NCBI GenBank assembly: GCA_052034235.1
Contig: JBPOIT010000007.1
Location: 22,234-86,233 of the forward strand
Origin: Candidatus Levyibacteriota bacterium
GTDB lineage: Bacteria; Patescibacteriota; Microgenomatia; Levybacterales; UBA12049
Length of the DNA stretch: 64,000 nt
Reading direction: 5' to 3'
The notes below the pieces were generated by a model. That model had not been told where the DNA came from and did not search any database. It saw nothing but the letters and a program-made list of their open reading frames with translations. How positions within the stretch are numbered: position 1 is the stretch's first letter; each line of letters starts with the position of its first letter. Made by a program: the position numbers and the translations under genes. Shown in pieces: positions 19,116-29,021 of this stretch.

Positions 19116-21080
19116 ATGGGATTATTGGATAGATTTAGACAAAAGCAAACCGCCATCAACACTTCAATTTTTTCTGTCCTTTTTGGTAGGGAAGCTCCAA
19201 ACATGAAGGGACCGGAATTCTTAGGAGCATATAAAGGTTGGGTATACTCCTGTGTTAATGCGATAGCTGAAGAAGTTTCGACAATTGAACTTCAGTTACA
19301 ACGTCTTACCTCTGATGGATGGGTTGAAATTCCTGAGCATTTAGCGCTTTCAACTCTTGCTGATGTAAATCCCTTTATGTCTTCTTCAGATCTGCTTATT
19401 GCAACACAATCATTTTTAGAGCTTGAAGGAAACGCTTTTTGGTATTTACCACGAGGATCTGTAACTAGAAAGCCTGCTGAGATATGGCTTCTTGATCCAA
19501 CAAGAACGTATGTGGTTAAGTCTGCAACCGAGTTTATTGGCGGATACGTATATAAAAACGAAAAAGGTGAGGATGTTCCTTTTAAGCGAGAAGAAATAAT
19601 CCATTTCAAACGATTCAATCCACAGAATAAATATCGTGGTATGGGTACGGTTCAAGCTGCAGCAATGGCGATTGACATAGATACCTATTCTGCAACTTGG
19701 AATAGGAATTTCTTTTTCAACTCCGCCATGCCTTCCGCAACTCTTGAAACAGCCGGAACATTAACAGCAGAACAATATAACAGAGTCAAGGCTGAATGGG
19801 ATTCCAGATATAAAGGTGTTGATAATGCTCATAAATTGGCAATTTTACAAGGAGGGCTTCATTTCAATCCAATTTCTCTCTCTCAAAAAGATATGGAGTT
19901 TTTGGAGCAAAGAAAGATGTCCAGAGATGAAATATTGGGAATCTTTAGAGTACCGAAAACTATTTTAGGTATTAGTGATGATGTAAACAGAGCAAATGCT
20001 GAAGCGACAGAGTATGTCTTTTCAAAACGTGTCATTAAGACCCGAATGGAATTTATTGTTGATCGGCTTAATGAGTTTTATATTGAAATGTTTGGTGAAG
20101 ACCAAAAGAAGCTCAGATTCACCTATACAGATCCGGTTCCGAAAAATAGAGAGTTGGTATTGCAAGCAAATGAAACAGGAATTAGAGCTGGTTATTTAAC
20201 AATCAATGAAGTTCGAGAACAAGAAGGGAAACAACCGGTAAGCGGTGGAGATGAAATATATTTGCCTCTCAATCTTACTCCTATTGGATCGGTCCAGGAA
20301 GATTCACAAAATAGTCAAAAGAAAGTTCAAAAAGTTATATCACTGGTAAAAAGTACAGATGCTGACCGCGTGGAGAAACGAGTGAGATTTATTCAATCAG
20401 AAATCAAAAACAGACAAGGTGATTACAGGGAGACACTGCTTCTTATTAAAAACTTCTTAGTCAGACGAGTAAAACAGGGTAAAAAGGCAGTTAAGAAAGA
20501 TCCAACTGAAGATATTCTCAGGACCGTATTTGATTCATTCGAAGATACTTTTATTCCTCTGACAGGTAAGCTCAATAAAAATGCTTTGGAAGCTGCATTT
20601 CTATTTGGAGGTAAACAAGCACTCTCTCAACTTGAGACTGATGTAAGTTTTGATCTACAAAATCCACGAGCTGATGAATGGCTTAAAACTAACGCCCTCG
20701 ATCATGCTAAATCAATTGTTTCAACTCTAAAAGACGAAGCAAAAACAAGAATACTAGCAGGATTAAAAGAAGGACTTGGATCTGGGGATATAGCTTCAAA
20801 CCTTTCAGACTTTTTTGATTCTCAATCTTCCTGGAGAGCATTACGAATAGCGCGAACTGAGGTGATTGGTGGCTATGCAGAAGGATCAATCGAAGGATAT
20901 AGACAGTCAGGAGTAGTCAGCATGAAGCGTTGGATTACTGCAGAAGATGACAAAGTAGATGATTCGTGTTCTCAGAATGAAGCAGATGGTCCTATTTCTT
21001 TGGGAGCATCTTTTTCAAGTGGTGATGATGCCCCGCCACTTCATCCCAATTGTCGATGTGTAATAGCACCTGAAATTTAA
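19116..21080 (+). CDS. HK97-family portal protein fused to a Mu gpF-like minor head domain
   Basis: WVYSCVNAIA, LELEGNAF, DMEFLE, FRVP and TINEVR in the portal part. RIARTEV and PPLHPNCRC at the C-terminus. Confidence 0.9.
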   Translation: MGLLDRFRQKQTAINTSIFSVLFGREAPNMKGPEFLGAYKGWVYSCVNAIAEEVSTIELQLQRLTSDGWVEIPEHLALSTLADVNPFMSSSDLLIATQSFLELEGNAFWYLPRGSVTRKPAEIWLLDPTRTYVVKSATEFIGGYVYKNEKGEDVPFKREEIIHFKRFNPQNKYRGMGTVQAAAMAIDIDTYSATWNRNFFFNSAMPSATLETAGTLTAEQYNRVKAEWDSRYKGVDNAHKLAILQGGLHFNPISLSQKDMEFLEQRKMSRDEILGIFRVPKTILGISDDVNRANAEATEYVFSKRVIKTRMEFIVDRLNEFYIEMFGEDQKKLRFTYTDPVPKNRELVLQANETGIRAGYLTINEVREQEGKQPVSGGDEIYLPLNLTPIGSVQEDSQNSQKKVQKVISLVKSTDADRVEKRVRFIQSEIKNRQGDYRETLLLIKNFLVRRVKQGKKAVKKDPTEDILRTVFDSFEDTFIPLTGKLNKNALEAAFLFGGKQALSQLETDVSFDLQNPRADEWLKTNALDHAKSIVSTLKDEAKTRILAGLKEGLGSGDIASNLSDFFDSQSSWRALRIARTEVIGGYAEGSIEGYRQSGVVSMKRWITAEDDKVDDSCSQNEADGPISLGASFSSGDDAPPLHPNCRCVIAPEI

Positions 21081-21083
21081 AAA

Positions 21084-21115
21084 TGTATAAGTTCTTTAAA
21101 GTCCGTCAATACAAT
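21084..21115 (+). promoter_or_regulatory. late-promoter motif copy
   Basis: TGTATAAG-N14-TCAATACAAT. Confidence 0.8.
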
Positions 21116-21135
21116 TGGGTAGGAAATTAAAAACT

Positions 21136-22179
21136 ATGAAGCTTATTCGAAAAACATACCAGGCCGAAACTAAAGCAAGCGGTGAAGATCGCACGCTTAT
21201 TGTAAAGATTTCTACTGCAAATCCTGATCGCTCTAATGATGTCGTAATGCCTAAAGGAGTTATTTTTGATAACTACCAAAAAAATCCGGTTGTTGCATTT
21301 GCTCATAACTACTCCGGACTCTCCATTGGAAAAACTATTGATATTCAAAAAGTTGATGACGGCATAGTTGCTCAAGTCGAGTTTGTGCCAAAAGGTGTCT
21401 ATCCTCTGGCAGATCAACTTTATGAAATGTACAAAGGTGGATTTATGAACGCTTGGTCCATTGGTTTTATTCCAAAAAAATGGAGTGATAGACCAGATGG
21501 AGGCCGCGAGTTCCAGGAATGGGAATTATTAGAGTATTCAGCAGTACTCGTTCCGGATAATCCTGAAGCTTTAACTCTTTTGAGAAGTAAAGGTATCGAT
21601 CCAGAGCCTCTCGTTGAAGAGTCAGAAAATGTAAAACCTGAAGAAGATGTTAAGGAAGATAAGCCGAAAGAAGAACCTAAAGAAGAGAAAGAGGAAGACA
21701 AAAAAACTGTAAAGCTCGAAGAAGTTGATAAAAATGTTGAAAATCCTCAGATAGAGAGTATTGAAGTGGACAGTAAAGAAAAGACTCTTATTCTCCGTTT
21801 TGCTGATAAGAAAACGCTTGAGTTTAAAGGACAGGAAACAGTCTTGGGTTACCTTGATGAGTTACAAACAGCATATCGAGAAGTAAAAGAAGGAAGAGTT
21901 TTGTCCGAGAAGAATAGAAAGCTTGTTTCTGACTGCTTAACATCACTGAAAAGTACAGAATCGGCACTTCAGGCTCTTGTAGATGCTTCTGAGAAAGAGC
22001 CAAAAGAAGTTTCAGATAGCAACCAAGTAGTGGTTATCGATCTTGCACAGGCACTAAGGGTCATTGATAAAGTGGCCGGTGTCGCGCTACGCGATTTAAA
22101 GCGCAAGGTCAATGGAGAACTGGGCATAGTACCCGAAGACTCCCGTGTTCCAATCGAAATAGGAAAGAAAGAGGGGTGA
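21136..22179 (+). CDS. HK97-type prohead protease with acidic C-terminal extension
   Basis: DRSNDVV, NPVVAFAHN, WSIGF and LLEYSAVLVPDNPEA. Confidence 0.88.
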   Translation: MKLIRKTYQAETKASGEDRTLIVKISTANPDRSNDVVMPKGVIFDNYQKNPVVAFAHNYSGLSIGKTIDIQKVDDGIVAQVEFVPKGVYPLADQLYEMYKGGFMNAWSIGFIPKKWSDRPDGGREFQEWELLEYSAVLVPDNPEALTLLRSKGIDPEPLVEESENVKPEEDVKEDKPKEEPKEEKEEDKKTVKLEEVDKNVENPQIESIEVDSKEKTLILRFADKKTLEFKGQETVLGYLDELQTAYREVKEGRVLSEKNRKLVSDCLTSLKSTESALQALVDASEKEPKEVSDSNQVVVIDLAQALRVIDKVAGVALRDLKRKVNGELGIVPEDSRVPIEIGKKEG

Positions 22180-22186
22180 AATAAAT

Positions 22187-23272
22187 ATGGATGCAAATCA
22201 AAAAGTAATGACAATGGATGAGTTTACTAAGTTCTTCTCTGATCTCATGGATCAAAAAATCCGTGATATGGGGCTTGATAAGGTAGATAGAAAGCATGGT
22301 GTCTTTCCTTCAAAAGATGATCCGAATGGTGATGGTTTAGAAAATCTCACCAAGGAAGAGAAAGTTAAGAAGTTTTTGAAAGCCATTATCGACAACGATA
22401 GTGTTACTGCAAAAGCTCTCTCTGAGGGTACATCTGCTGATGGTGGATACCTGGTCCCGAATGAATTTAAGGCGGCGATTATAGCAAAGCGAGATGTCGC
22501 AGCTGTAATTAGGCCACGAGCTACAGTTTTCCCAATGACAAGAGACAAGATGGATGTTCCATCTGAGGGAAACGCAGTAACCCTTTATTGGGCTGCTGAG
22601 AACGCTGCTCTTACCGAATCTAATCCAACATTTGGCAATACAACGCTTAACACTAATAAGCTTACCGGTTTATCAAAAATGAGCCGTGAGTTATTTGGTG
22701 ACAGTGCAGTAAATCTTATGGATTTCTTAGCTGGGCTGTATGGTCGAAAGTTTGCTTTGGAAGAGGATAAGAAGTTCATGACTGGAACGGGTACTGGCGA
22801 ACCGAAAGGTATTCGTCAATACACGCTTACTAACGCTGCACAAGCCGCAGCTAACTTAGCTGCAGATGATCTCGTCAAATTGTTCTATACACTTGGCTCT
22901 CAATATCGAAGTCAATCAACTTGGATACTGCATAACAGCATTATTCGATTGATAAGGTTGCTCAAAGATTCCAATGGTCGCTATTTGTGGACCGATGGAT
23001 TCCAAGATGCACCGGCAACGATTCTGGGAAGACCAGTTGTTGAAGAAAACGATATTCCAACCAATTTGGGTGCTGGAACGAATGAATCTGAAATATTCTT
23101 CGGTGATCTTTCTTACTATCTCATTGGAGATAGGCAGGAGATGACTATTGAATCAACAACCGAGGGTGCTGGAACGTTTGAGAATCATCAGGTTGCTGTA
23201 AAAGTTCTTGAGCGTGTTGATGGACAGCTCGGTCTAACCGATCCATTTGTCAAACTGACAGCAGTGAAATAA
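22187..23272 (+). CDS. major capsid protein (HK97 fold)
   Basis: DGGYLVP, SRELFGDS, GTGTGEPKGI, LKDSNGRYLW, ILGRPV and FGDLS. Confidence 0.95.
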   Translation: MDANQKVMTMDEFTKFFSDLMDQKIRDMGLDKVDRKHGVFPSKDDPNGDGLENLTKEEKVKKFLKAIIDNDSVTAKALSEGTSADGGYLVPNEFKAAIIAKRDVAAVIRPRATVFPMTRDKMDVPSEGNAVTLYWAAENAALTESNPTFGNTTLNTNKLTGLSKMSRELFGDSAVNLMDFLAGLYGRKFALEEDKKFMTGTGTGEPKGIRQYTLTNAAQAAANLAADDLVKLFYTLGSQYRSQSTWILHNSIIRLIRLLKDSNGRYLWTDGFQDAPATILGRPVVEENDIPTNLGAGTNESEIFFGDLSYYLIGDRQEMTIESTTEGAGTFENHQVAVKVLERVDGQLGLTDPFVKLTAVK

Positions 23273-23371
23273 TAGTTTATTTCTGCTCTGGCTCTTAAAG
23301 GTGTTTGGGAGATTCACCAATTTAGGAGTCAGGCAAAAGTAAAGTATTTAAAGAAAAGGAGGTGAATTAAT

Positions 23372-23635
23372 ATGACGCGAGTAGTTAAATTTATAAAACC
23401 ATTTTCAGTCTATGCAGTAGACGATATTGCAGGTCTTACCGAATCGGAAGCGAGAGCAGCAATCGAAGCTGAAGCTGCGGTTCCTTATAAAGCTGAAAAA
23501 CAGATTGAAAAAGAATCAGAAAAAGTTAAAGAAGATCCTAAAAAGGAAGAGCCTAAAGAAGAAACTGATGAGACAAAATCTGTTGATTCACCTGTTGAAG
23601 ACAAAATGGCAAAAAATGCACCTGTAAAGAAATAA
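23372..23635 (+). CDS. small phage structural/hypothetical protein
   Basis: Strong AGGAGGTG RBS and a K/E-rich tail, directly after the capsid gene. Confidence 0.65.
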   Translation: MTRVVKFIKPFSVYAVDDIAGLTESEARAAIEAEAAVPYKAEKQIEKESEKVKEDPKKEEPKEETDETKSVDSPVEDKMAKNAPVKK

Positions 23636-23638
23636 AAA

Positions 23639-23670
23639 TGTATAAGAGTCTTTAGATCTCTTAATACAAT
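23639..23670 (+). promoter_or_regulatory. late-promoter motif copy
   Basis: TGTATAAG-N14-TTAATACAAT. Confidence 0.78.
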
Positions 23671-23687
23671 GATGCAGGAGTACACCT

Positions 23688-23876
23688 ATGGAAGATAAAC
23701 AGAAAAAACAGGAAACCAAAAAGCCTTTAACCAATAAGGATATTCTTGAGTCTCACGGACTTGTTGAGATTTACGATGCTTCAATTGGTGCTTATCGACA
23801 AGTACCAAAAGAGGAAGCTGAAAAAATGGTTGAAAAGCTTGAGGAAATTAAAAAGGCAATGGAGGGTAATAAATAA
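23688..23876 (+). CDS. hypothetical phage protein
   Basis: AGGAG RBS, 62 aa. Confidence 0.6.
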   Translation: MEDKQKKQETKKPLTNKDILESHGLVEIYDASIGAYRQVPKEEAEKMVEKLEEIKKAMEGNK

Positions 23877-23877
23877 T

Positions 23878-24489
23878 ATGAATCCAGTACCTCACGAAAC
23901 AGGACAAGGTTTTGATTCTCTCGGTGTAAGTCGAGGATATAACATTCATGACAAAGCGTTTTATAAGACGCGTTGGAAGATTGATAAATGGGACTTTGCT
24001 CCTGAAGTGAGAAAACAAGCTGAAGCAGATATGCGGTCGGGTATGTCGTTTGCAGCTCTTATTGATAAGTACGGGGCAAAATCTTATGTAGGAAAAGAAC
24101 TAGTTGAGGGAAATCTACTTTTAAATGAGGGTATCAATGCAATCTGGACTCTAGTTGCTGGTGGATCTGAAACCGCTTTTAATAACGCTAATGCAAGACT
24201 TGGCGTTGGAGATTCAAATACTGCTGAATCAGCAGCTCAAACCGACTTACAAGCTTCCACAAATAAACTTTTTAAAGCTATGGATGCTTCTTATCCAACG
24301 TACGGGACCAGCCAAAAGATTACTTTCCGTTCAACTTTTGGATCTTCTGAAGCGAATTATGCCTGGCAAGAGTTCTCAGTTGATAATGGTTCAACTCCTC
24401 TGAAGAACCTAAACCGCAAAGTTTCTGCTCAAGGAACTAAAACCTCTGGTCAGACATGGCAGCTAACATTAGACATCACACTCTCTTAA
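23878..24489 (+). CDS. virion fibre/collar-like structural protein
   Basis: Beta-rich C-terminal half, GDSNTAE...TFGSSEANYAWQEF...LNRKV...KTSGQTWQLTLDITLS. Confidence 0.55.
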   Translation: MNPVPHETGQGFDSLGVSRGYNIHDKAFYKTRWKIDKWDFAPEVRKQAEADMRSGMSFAALIDKYGAKSYVGKELVEGNLLLNEGINAIWTLVAGGSETAFNNANARLGVGDSNTAESAAQTDLQASTNKLFKAMDASYPTYGTSQKITFRSTFGSSEANYAWQEFSVDNGSTPLKNLNRKVSAQGTKTSGQTWQLTLDITLS

Positions 24490-24492
24490 TAT

Positions 24493-25041
24493 ATGTCAAG
24501 ACAATTTTGGAATGAAACATTAACATGGGCAGTCGCAAATGGTGCAGCAATTGCAAACACCACTACCGAAACGATTTTATTTCCCAATGTAACTATTCCA
24601 GCTAACTTTCTTCAGGATGGAAGAGTACTTCGTCTTACTGCTCAAGGGAAACTTTCTAATATTGTTACTTCTCCTGGAAATCTTATTTTTGCTCTGAGAT
24701 GGGGTGGCGTTGCTGGAACTATTTTGGCTCAAACTTCAGCGTTCAACTTAAACACTACAGCTCAGACAGACGTAATGTTCAGAATAACTATAGAGATTGT
24801 AGTAAGAGGGAATGGATCTTCTGGATCTCTTCTGGCAATGGGTTTGGCTGATCTTGCCTTCAAATCTGTCATACAACCGGAGTTTATGGGTTCTGCAGGT
24901 GGTAGCTCTGGAAATACACCAGCTGCTGTTACTGTTGATCTTACTGCAGATACAGCACTTGCTCTTACTGCTAAATTCTCAGTTGCCAATTCAGGAAATT
25001 CAATTACAGGTATGAATTATTTGCTTGAAGCATTGAATTAA
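24493..25041 (+). CDS. beta-sandwich virion structural protein (putative)
   Basis: A/T/G/S-rich and beta-prone, in the late operon. Confidence 0.55.
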   Translation: MSRQFWNETLTWAVANGAAIANTTTETILFPNVTIPANFLQDGRVLRLTAQGKLSNIVTSPGNLIFALRWGGVAGTILAQTSAFNLNTTAQTDVMFRITIEIVVRGNGSSGSLLAMGLADLAFKSVIQPEFMGSAGGSSGNTPAAVTVDLTADTALALTAKFSVANSGNSITGMNYLLEALN

Positions 25042-25049
25042 ACATATGT

Positions 25050-25736
25050 ATGACACGATTCTATTTTCCATCTTCTGGAAATGCGCCAAACATTTCACCC
25101 GCCTTTGATGCAGGTTGGGATCAAACCGGCGAAGCAGACCGGTTAATTTTAATTCCAAAACTTCAACTCGATGTAGCAACTTCAAGAACAGGTAAACAGA
25201 TAACAGTTCCTATCACGACTACTCAGGATATATTAGCGAGACAATTTGTTTCTGGTCCTATTCCTCCAACAAATTTTAAAACTACTGACACAATCTCAGC
25301 AATTGTCCGATGTGTAGAGAGTGCCACAACAATAAACGCTTCACTCGCAATTGTTGTCAAAATCGTATCTCAGGATGGAAGTATTGTTCGAGGAACGCTT
25401 TATTCTAATTTTAATATTGATTCGGAATTTCCAGCTTCAGGTTCAGATGCAACCAGAATTATGAATTCAGTTAATATTTCTGCACTTCAAACTTTGCCTG
25501 GAGACAGAATTGTTATAGAGGTTGGGGTTCATGCAGCTGCTCCTTCAGCAGGCGGAACAGCAAGTGTAAGGTTTGGCAATAACTCAACAAGTGGAGATTT
25601 TGCCATGACTAGCGGTCTCACAACCGATTTAAATCCCTGGTTTGAAATGTCAAAAGATCTATGGGCGACTGTGTTTAATAATCAGCAATTCGTTAAGGTT
25701 GGAGACGGAATGTCTACAGGAGAAAAAATAAGATAA
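25050..25736 (+). CDS. virion structural protein (putative)
   Basis: Beta-rich, with C-terminal VKVGDGMS. Confidence 0.55.
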   Translation: MTRFYFPSSGNAPNISPAFDAGWDQTGEADRLILIPKLQLDVATSRTGKQITVPITTTQDILARQFVSGPIPPTNFKTTDTISAIVRCVESATTINASLAIVVKIVSQDGSIVRGTLYSNFNIDSEFPASGSDATRIMNSVNISALQTLPGDRIVIEVGVHAAAPSAGGTASVRFGNNSTSGDFAMTSGLTTDLNPWFEMSKDLWATVFNNQQFVKVGDGMSTGEKIR

Positions 25737-25737
25737 T

Positions 25738-26382
25738 ATGCCTAAACTACATACATTACAGGAAACATGGGATGGACAATATCAAAATGCCGGTTCATGG
25801 GTAGGACAATTTAATACTGCGCAGATTACTTACACAAATGGGCAGTTAAATATTGCTTTACCTTCTGGTAGTGCTTTATATCATGGTTTTGATTCTGCTC
25901 CTGACTCAACATTAGTAGATTCTTCTTACACCACGCGGGTTATTGATGCTGGAAATCAGTCTTTAATCTCAGTTGAATGTTATCCGGTCCAACTTGTAAA
26001 GGACAGCAGTAATACTATTTACTTTCTTATTTCCGGAGGCACTGTTTACGCAGTTAAAAAAGTAGCGAATGTTTCCACCAATATTGCAACGGCAACTTAT
26101 AACTCAAGCGTTCATGTCTGGTTTAGGATTCGTGAAGAAAACAATGTTGTCTATTGGGAAACCTCAAGGGATGGAATTACTTGGACTCAGTTTGCAAGTG
26201 AAACTGTCGCAAATCTTTTTGCAATCACACTTTTAAGGATGGAAGCTGTAGCCGGAACATGGCAGGCGGAAGCAAGCTCAACGCAGTGTATTTATGACAA
26301 TTTTAATTATATTCCGACAAACAAACCTGGAAACATGCTTCCAAATGTAAGAGTCGGAAACGGAATGGGGAGGTCTGGATAA
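25738..26382 (+). CDS. lectin/ConA-like virion protein (putative)
   Basis: WFRIRE...VYWETSRDGITWT, with C-terminal VRVGNGMG. Confidence 0.55.
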   Translation: MPKLHTLQETWDGQYQNAGSWVGQFNTAQITYTNGQLNIALPSGSALYHGFDSAPDSTLVDSSYTTRVIDAGNQSLISVECYPVQLVKDSSNTIYFLISGGTVYAVKKVANVSTNIATATYNSSVHVWFRIREENNVVYWETSRDGITWTQFASETVANLFAITLLRMEAVAGTWQAEASSTQCIYDNFNYIPTNKPGNMLPNVRVGNGMGRSG

Positions 26383-26383
26383 T

Positions 26384-26914
26384 ATGCCACGAGGAGTTTT
26401 AGATCAACATCAAGATAGTGAAGGTGCGAATTTCGGCTTTGGACAAGCTGCTGGTGTCAAATATAGAGGTGGTCTATTTACCCCTGCAATTTCAGGTTTT
26501 TTGACCTCTCTTGGGTTTTCAAGAGATGTTGGAACAACTGACATTAAGGTTTACATAGATAGCACTGTTTCAGGTTTGCCGGAACACGCAGTCGGAAGTG
26601 AGCTTTATTCTTTTACTATTACAAATGCCCAACTTACCACATATGGAGCCTATGACTTACCTGTTCCTCTTCAGCTTAAAGCTGGAAAACAATATTGTTT
26701 TTATTTGGCTCCATTTTCAGGAGGAGTTTATTCTGATGACTATCGTGATGCTCATGGAGTAGCTGGGGGATTTGCTGAAATTACTTATGCAGGTTCATGG
26801 TTTAGTGAAAATCTAACCTATCACTATGCAACATACATGGACCCGAATCCTTTTACTTTTCCGAATAGAGGAAGAACTAGACCAAGGCCATTTGCGCCAG
26901 GAATTGCGAGGTAA
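26384..26914 (+). CDS. virion structural protein (putative carbohydrate-binding)
   Basis: FTP...PLQLKAGKQY, with C-terminal RPRPFAPGIAR. Confidence 0.5.
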   Translation: MPRGVLDQHQDSEGANFGFGQAAGVKYRGGLFTPAISGFLTSLGFSRDVGTTDIKVYIDSTVSGLPEHAVGSELYSFTITNAQLTTYGAYDLPVPLQLKAGKQYCFYLAPFSGGVYSDDYRDAHGVAGGFAEITYAGSWFSENLTYHYATYMDPNPFTFPNRGRTRPRPFAPGIAR

Positions 26915-26917
26915 AAT

Positions 26918-28477
26918 ATGTCATTTATACAAAGAAGATCACCATTTTTTAGTAACAAACCACTTACACTCACTTTTGTAACAGTGGATTTATCCGATAC
27001 TGGTTCAGGTGCAGAAACTCTTTCGCTCTTGAACTTAGTTAATTTGGCAGAATCAAGTTTAGGATGGGATGCAATCGCTCCTCTACTCCTACTTGAGCAG
27101 TTTGAATCAATTTCAGGTTGGGATCAGGATCAAGGAACATGGCAAGTGGCAGGAAATCAACTTGATCCGGTATCACAAAGCGCGCCTAACTGGGGAGGTA
27201 TGGTTCTGACCAAAAATGTAAGTTATCAAGACTTTGATGCTTACATGAGAATTAAAAGTCCAACGGATAATAAAGGTATCCAGTTTATTTTCCGGACAGG
27301 ATCAACGGAAGGCTCAGGATACGGACTTCAACTTCGTTTAAATGATGGCAATTTCAGGATTGAAAACTGGGGCGTAGCGAATTTATCTAATGTTTCGTAT
27401 TCCTATACGAATGATGTTTACTATCGAGTAAGAGTTCGGGTTCGTGGATCAAATATAAAGGCAAAGATATGGCTTGATGGAAACACAGAGCCTTCAAGTT
27501 GGAATATTGATTTTAACGATACTACCTTCCCAAATGCTGGAAAGGTTGGTTTTTCATCTGAAGATTCAATCAGTTGGTTAGTTGATTGGTTAATTATTGA
27601 ATCATACGATGTAAATATTTTAAGTTTTATTCCAGTTTCTGATTCAGGAGGTGGAAGCGAAGCCATAAGCTTACTTGCTCAAGTTGCTCTCAGTGATTCA
27701 GCATTTGGGACCGATGCAATTAATATACTTGCACAAATTGCTCTTTCTGATTCCGGAAGCGCGACAGAAGCACTATCGGCACTGGTTACGATCTCTTTAT
27801 CTGATAGTGGAACTTCGAATGAGGCATTATCAATTGTAGTAAGTTTGCTCTTAAATGATTCCGGAAGTAGCTCTGAAGCTCTCTCAATAATTATTTCTTT
27901 CCTTATATCTGATACAGGTTCACATTCTGATGTAATCGATATATTAGCAATGGTCGCTATCTCAGATAGCGCAGTAGCAAATGATACATTAACAGCTTTG
28001 GTTTCTCTGGCGATCTCGGACTCTGGTTCTCACGCAGACGCAGTTTCTATCCTCGCTTCAATAGGAGTCGCAGATACAGGAATAGGAGATGAAATATTAT
28101 CTATTCTTGCTCAAATAAATCTTTCAGATAGCGCTCAAGGAACTGAAACACTTCAAATTCTTAACTCTTTTATTCTTTCTGACTCAGGACTAGGGGTTGA
28201 AAGCTTAAACATCTTAGCTCAAGTGGCAATAGCTGATAGTGGAAGTATTTCATCTGAAGCAATTTCAATTATTGCCGGTGTTGCGGTTTCAGATTCAGTA
28301 AGTGCGACAGATGCACTATTTACCCTAACTATTGTGGCTCTTTCAGATTCTGGTATTGCCGAAGAAGCGGTAACTGCTGGGTTGGCTTCTGGATTATTCG
28401 CGAGAGGATCATCCCTCTACGATCTAAAAGCCAAATTATATAACAAAACAAGCGTAGGTCTTTACAATAAAAAATAG
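26918..28477 (+). CDS. 18-aa-repeat virion protein with an inserted lectin-like domain
   Basis: About 14 tandem (L/I/V)SDSG...(E/D)x(L/I) repeats plus 2 N-terminal ones, around a central ConA/DUF1080-like domain. Confidence 0.65.
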   Translation: MSFIQRRSPFFSNKPLTLTFVTVDLSDTGSGAETLSLLNLVNLAESSLGWDAIAPLLLLEQFESISGWDQDQGTWQVAGNQLDPVSQSAPNWGGMVLTKNVSYQDFDAYMRIKSPTDNKGIQFIFRTGSTEGSGYGLQLRLNDGNFRIENWGVANLSNVSYSYTNDVYYRVRVRVRGSNIKAKIWLDGNTEPSSWNIDFNDTTFPNAGKVGFSSEDSISWLVDWLIIESYDVNILSFIPVSDSGGGSEAISLLAQVALSDSAFGTDAINILAQIALSDSGSATEALSALVTISLSDSGTSNEALSIVVSLLLNDSGSSSEALSIIISFLISDTGSHSDVIDILAMVAISDSAVANDTLTALVSLAISDSGSHADAVSILASIGVADTGIGDEILSILAQINLSDSAQGTETLQILNSFILSDSGLGVESLNILAQVAIADSGSISSEAISIIAGVAVSDSVSATDALFTLTIVALSDSGIAEEAVTAGLASGLFARGSSLYDLKAKLYNKTSVGLYNKK

Positions 28478-28480
28478 AAT

Positions 28481-29020
28481 ATGTCATACGTTTTACGAGT
28501 CGATATTGAAACATTTTTAGATATAACGCTTTCAGCTAATGGTCAAGCATTGGTTGATTCACTTATTCCGGCTATAGAGAAGTACGCTGAAGATTATTGT
28601 GGCAGAGTTTGGAATAAAGGAGCAAATGATGATATTACTGAGATTTTTGATGGCGGTACAGACCTCTTTTTCCCTGCAAACCCTCCGATAGCTTCGATCC
28701 AGTCAATTACCGTCCAGGGGTCAGTATATGACCTCACGCGTGCCTACAATTACGGATCTCACATTAAACTTTCTTCAAAAGCTGTTGATATTCCCCGCGC
28801 TGTAGTTATTGTCTATAGAACTTCGGCTACTGCTATTCCAGCAGACTTAAAACACGCTCTTATCAGATGGATCTCTGAGGTATTTAAATCTTCAGATGAT
28901 GCCGGAAAGGTTACAGGTAGAGTTTCCAGCGGTCCCGTATCCGTTGATTACCTTACTCAAGATGGAATTCCTAAATTTGTTGAAATGGTACTGAATAAAT
29001 ATCGTTTAGAACCAAAATAA
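28481..29020 (+). CDS. head-tail connector (gp6-like)
   Basis: AEDYCGR, IPADLKHA and VLNKYR. Confidence 0.75.
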   Translation: MSYVLRVDIETFLDITLSANGQALVDSLIPAIEKYAEDYCGRVWNKGANDDITEIFDGGTDLFFPANPPIASIQSITVQGSVYDLTRAYNYGSHIKLSSKAVDIPRAVVIVYRTSATAIPADLKHALIRWISEVFKSSDDAGKVTGRVSSGPVSVDYLTQDGIPKFVEMVLNKYRLEPK

Positions 29021-29021
29021 T

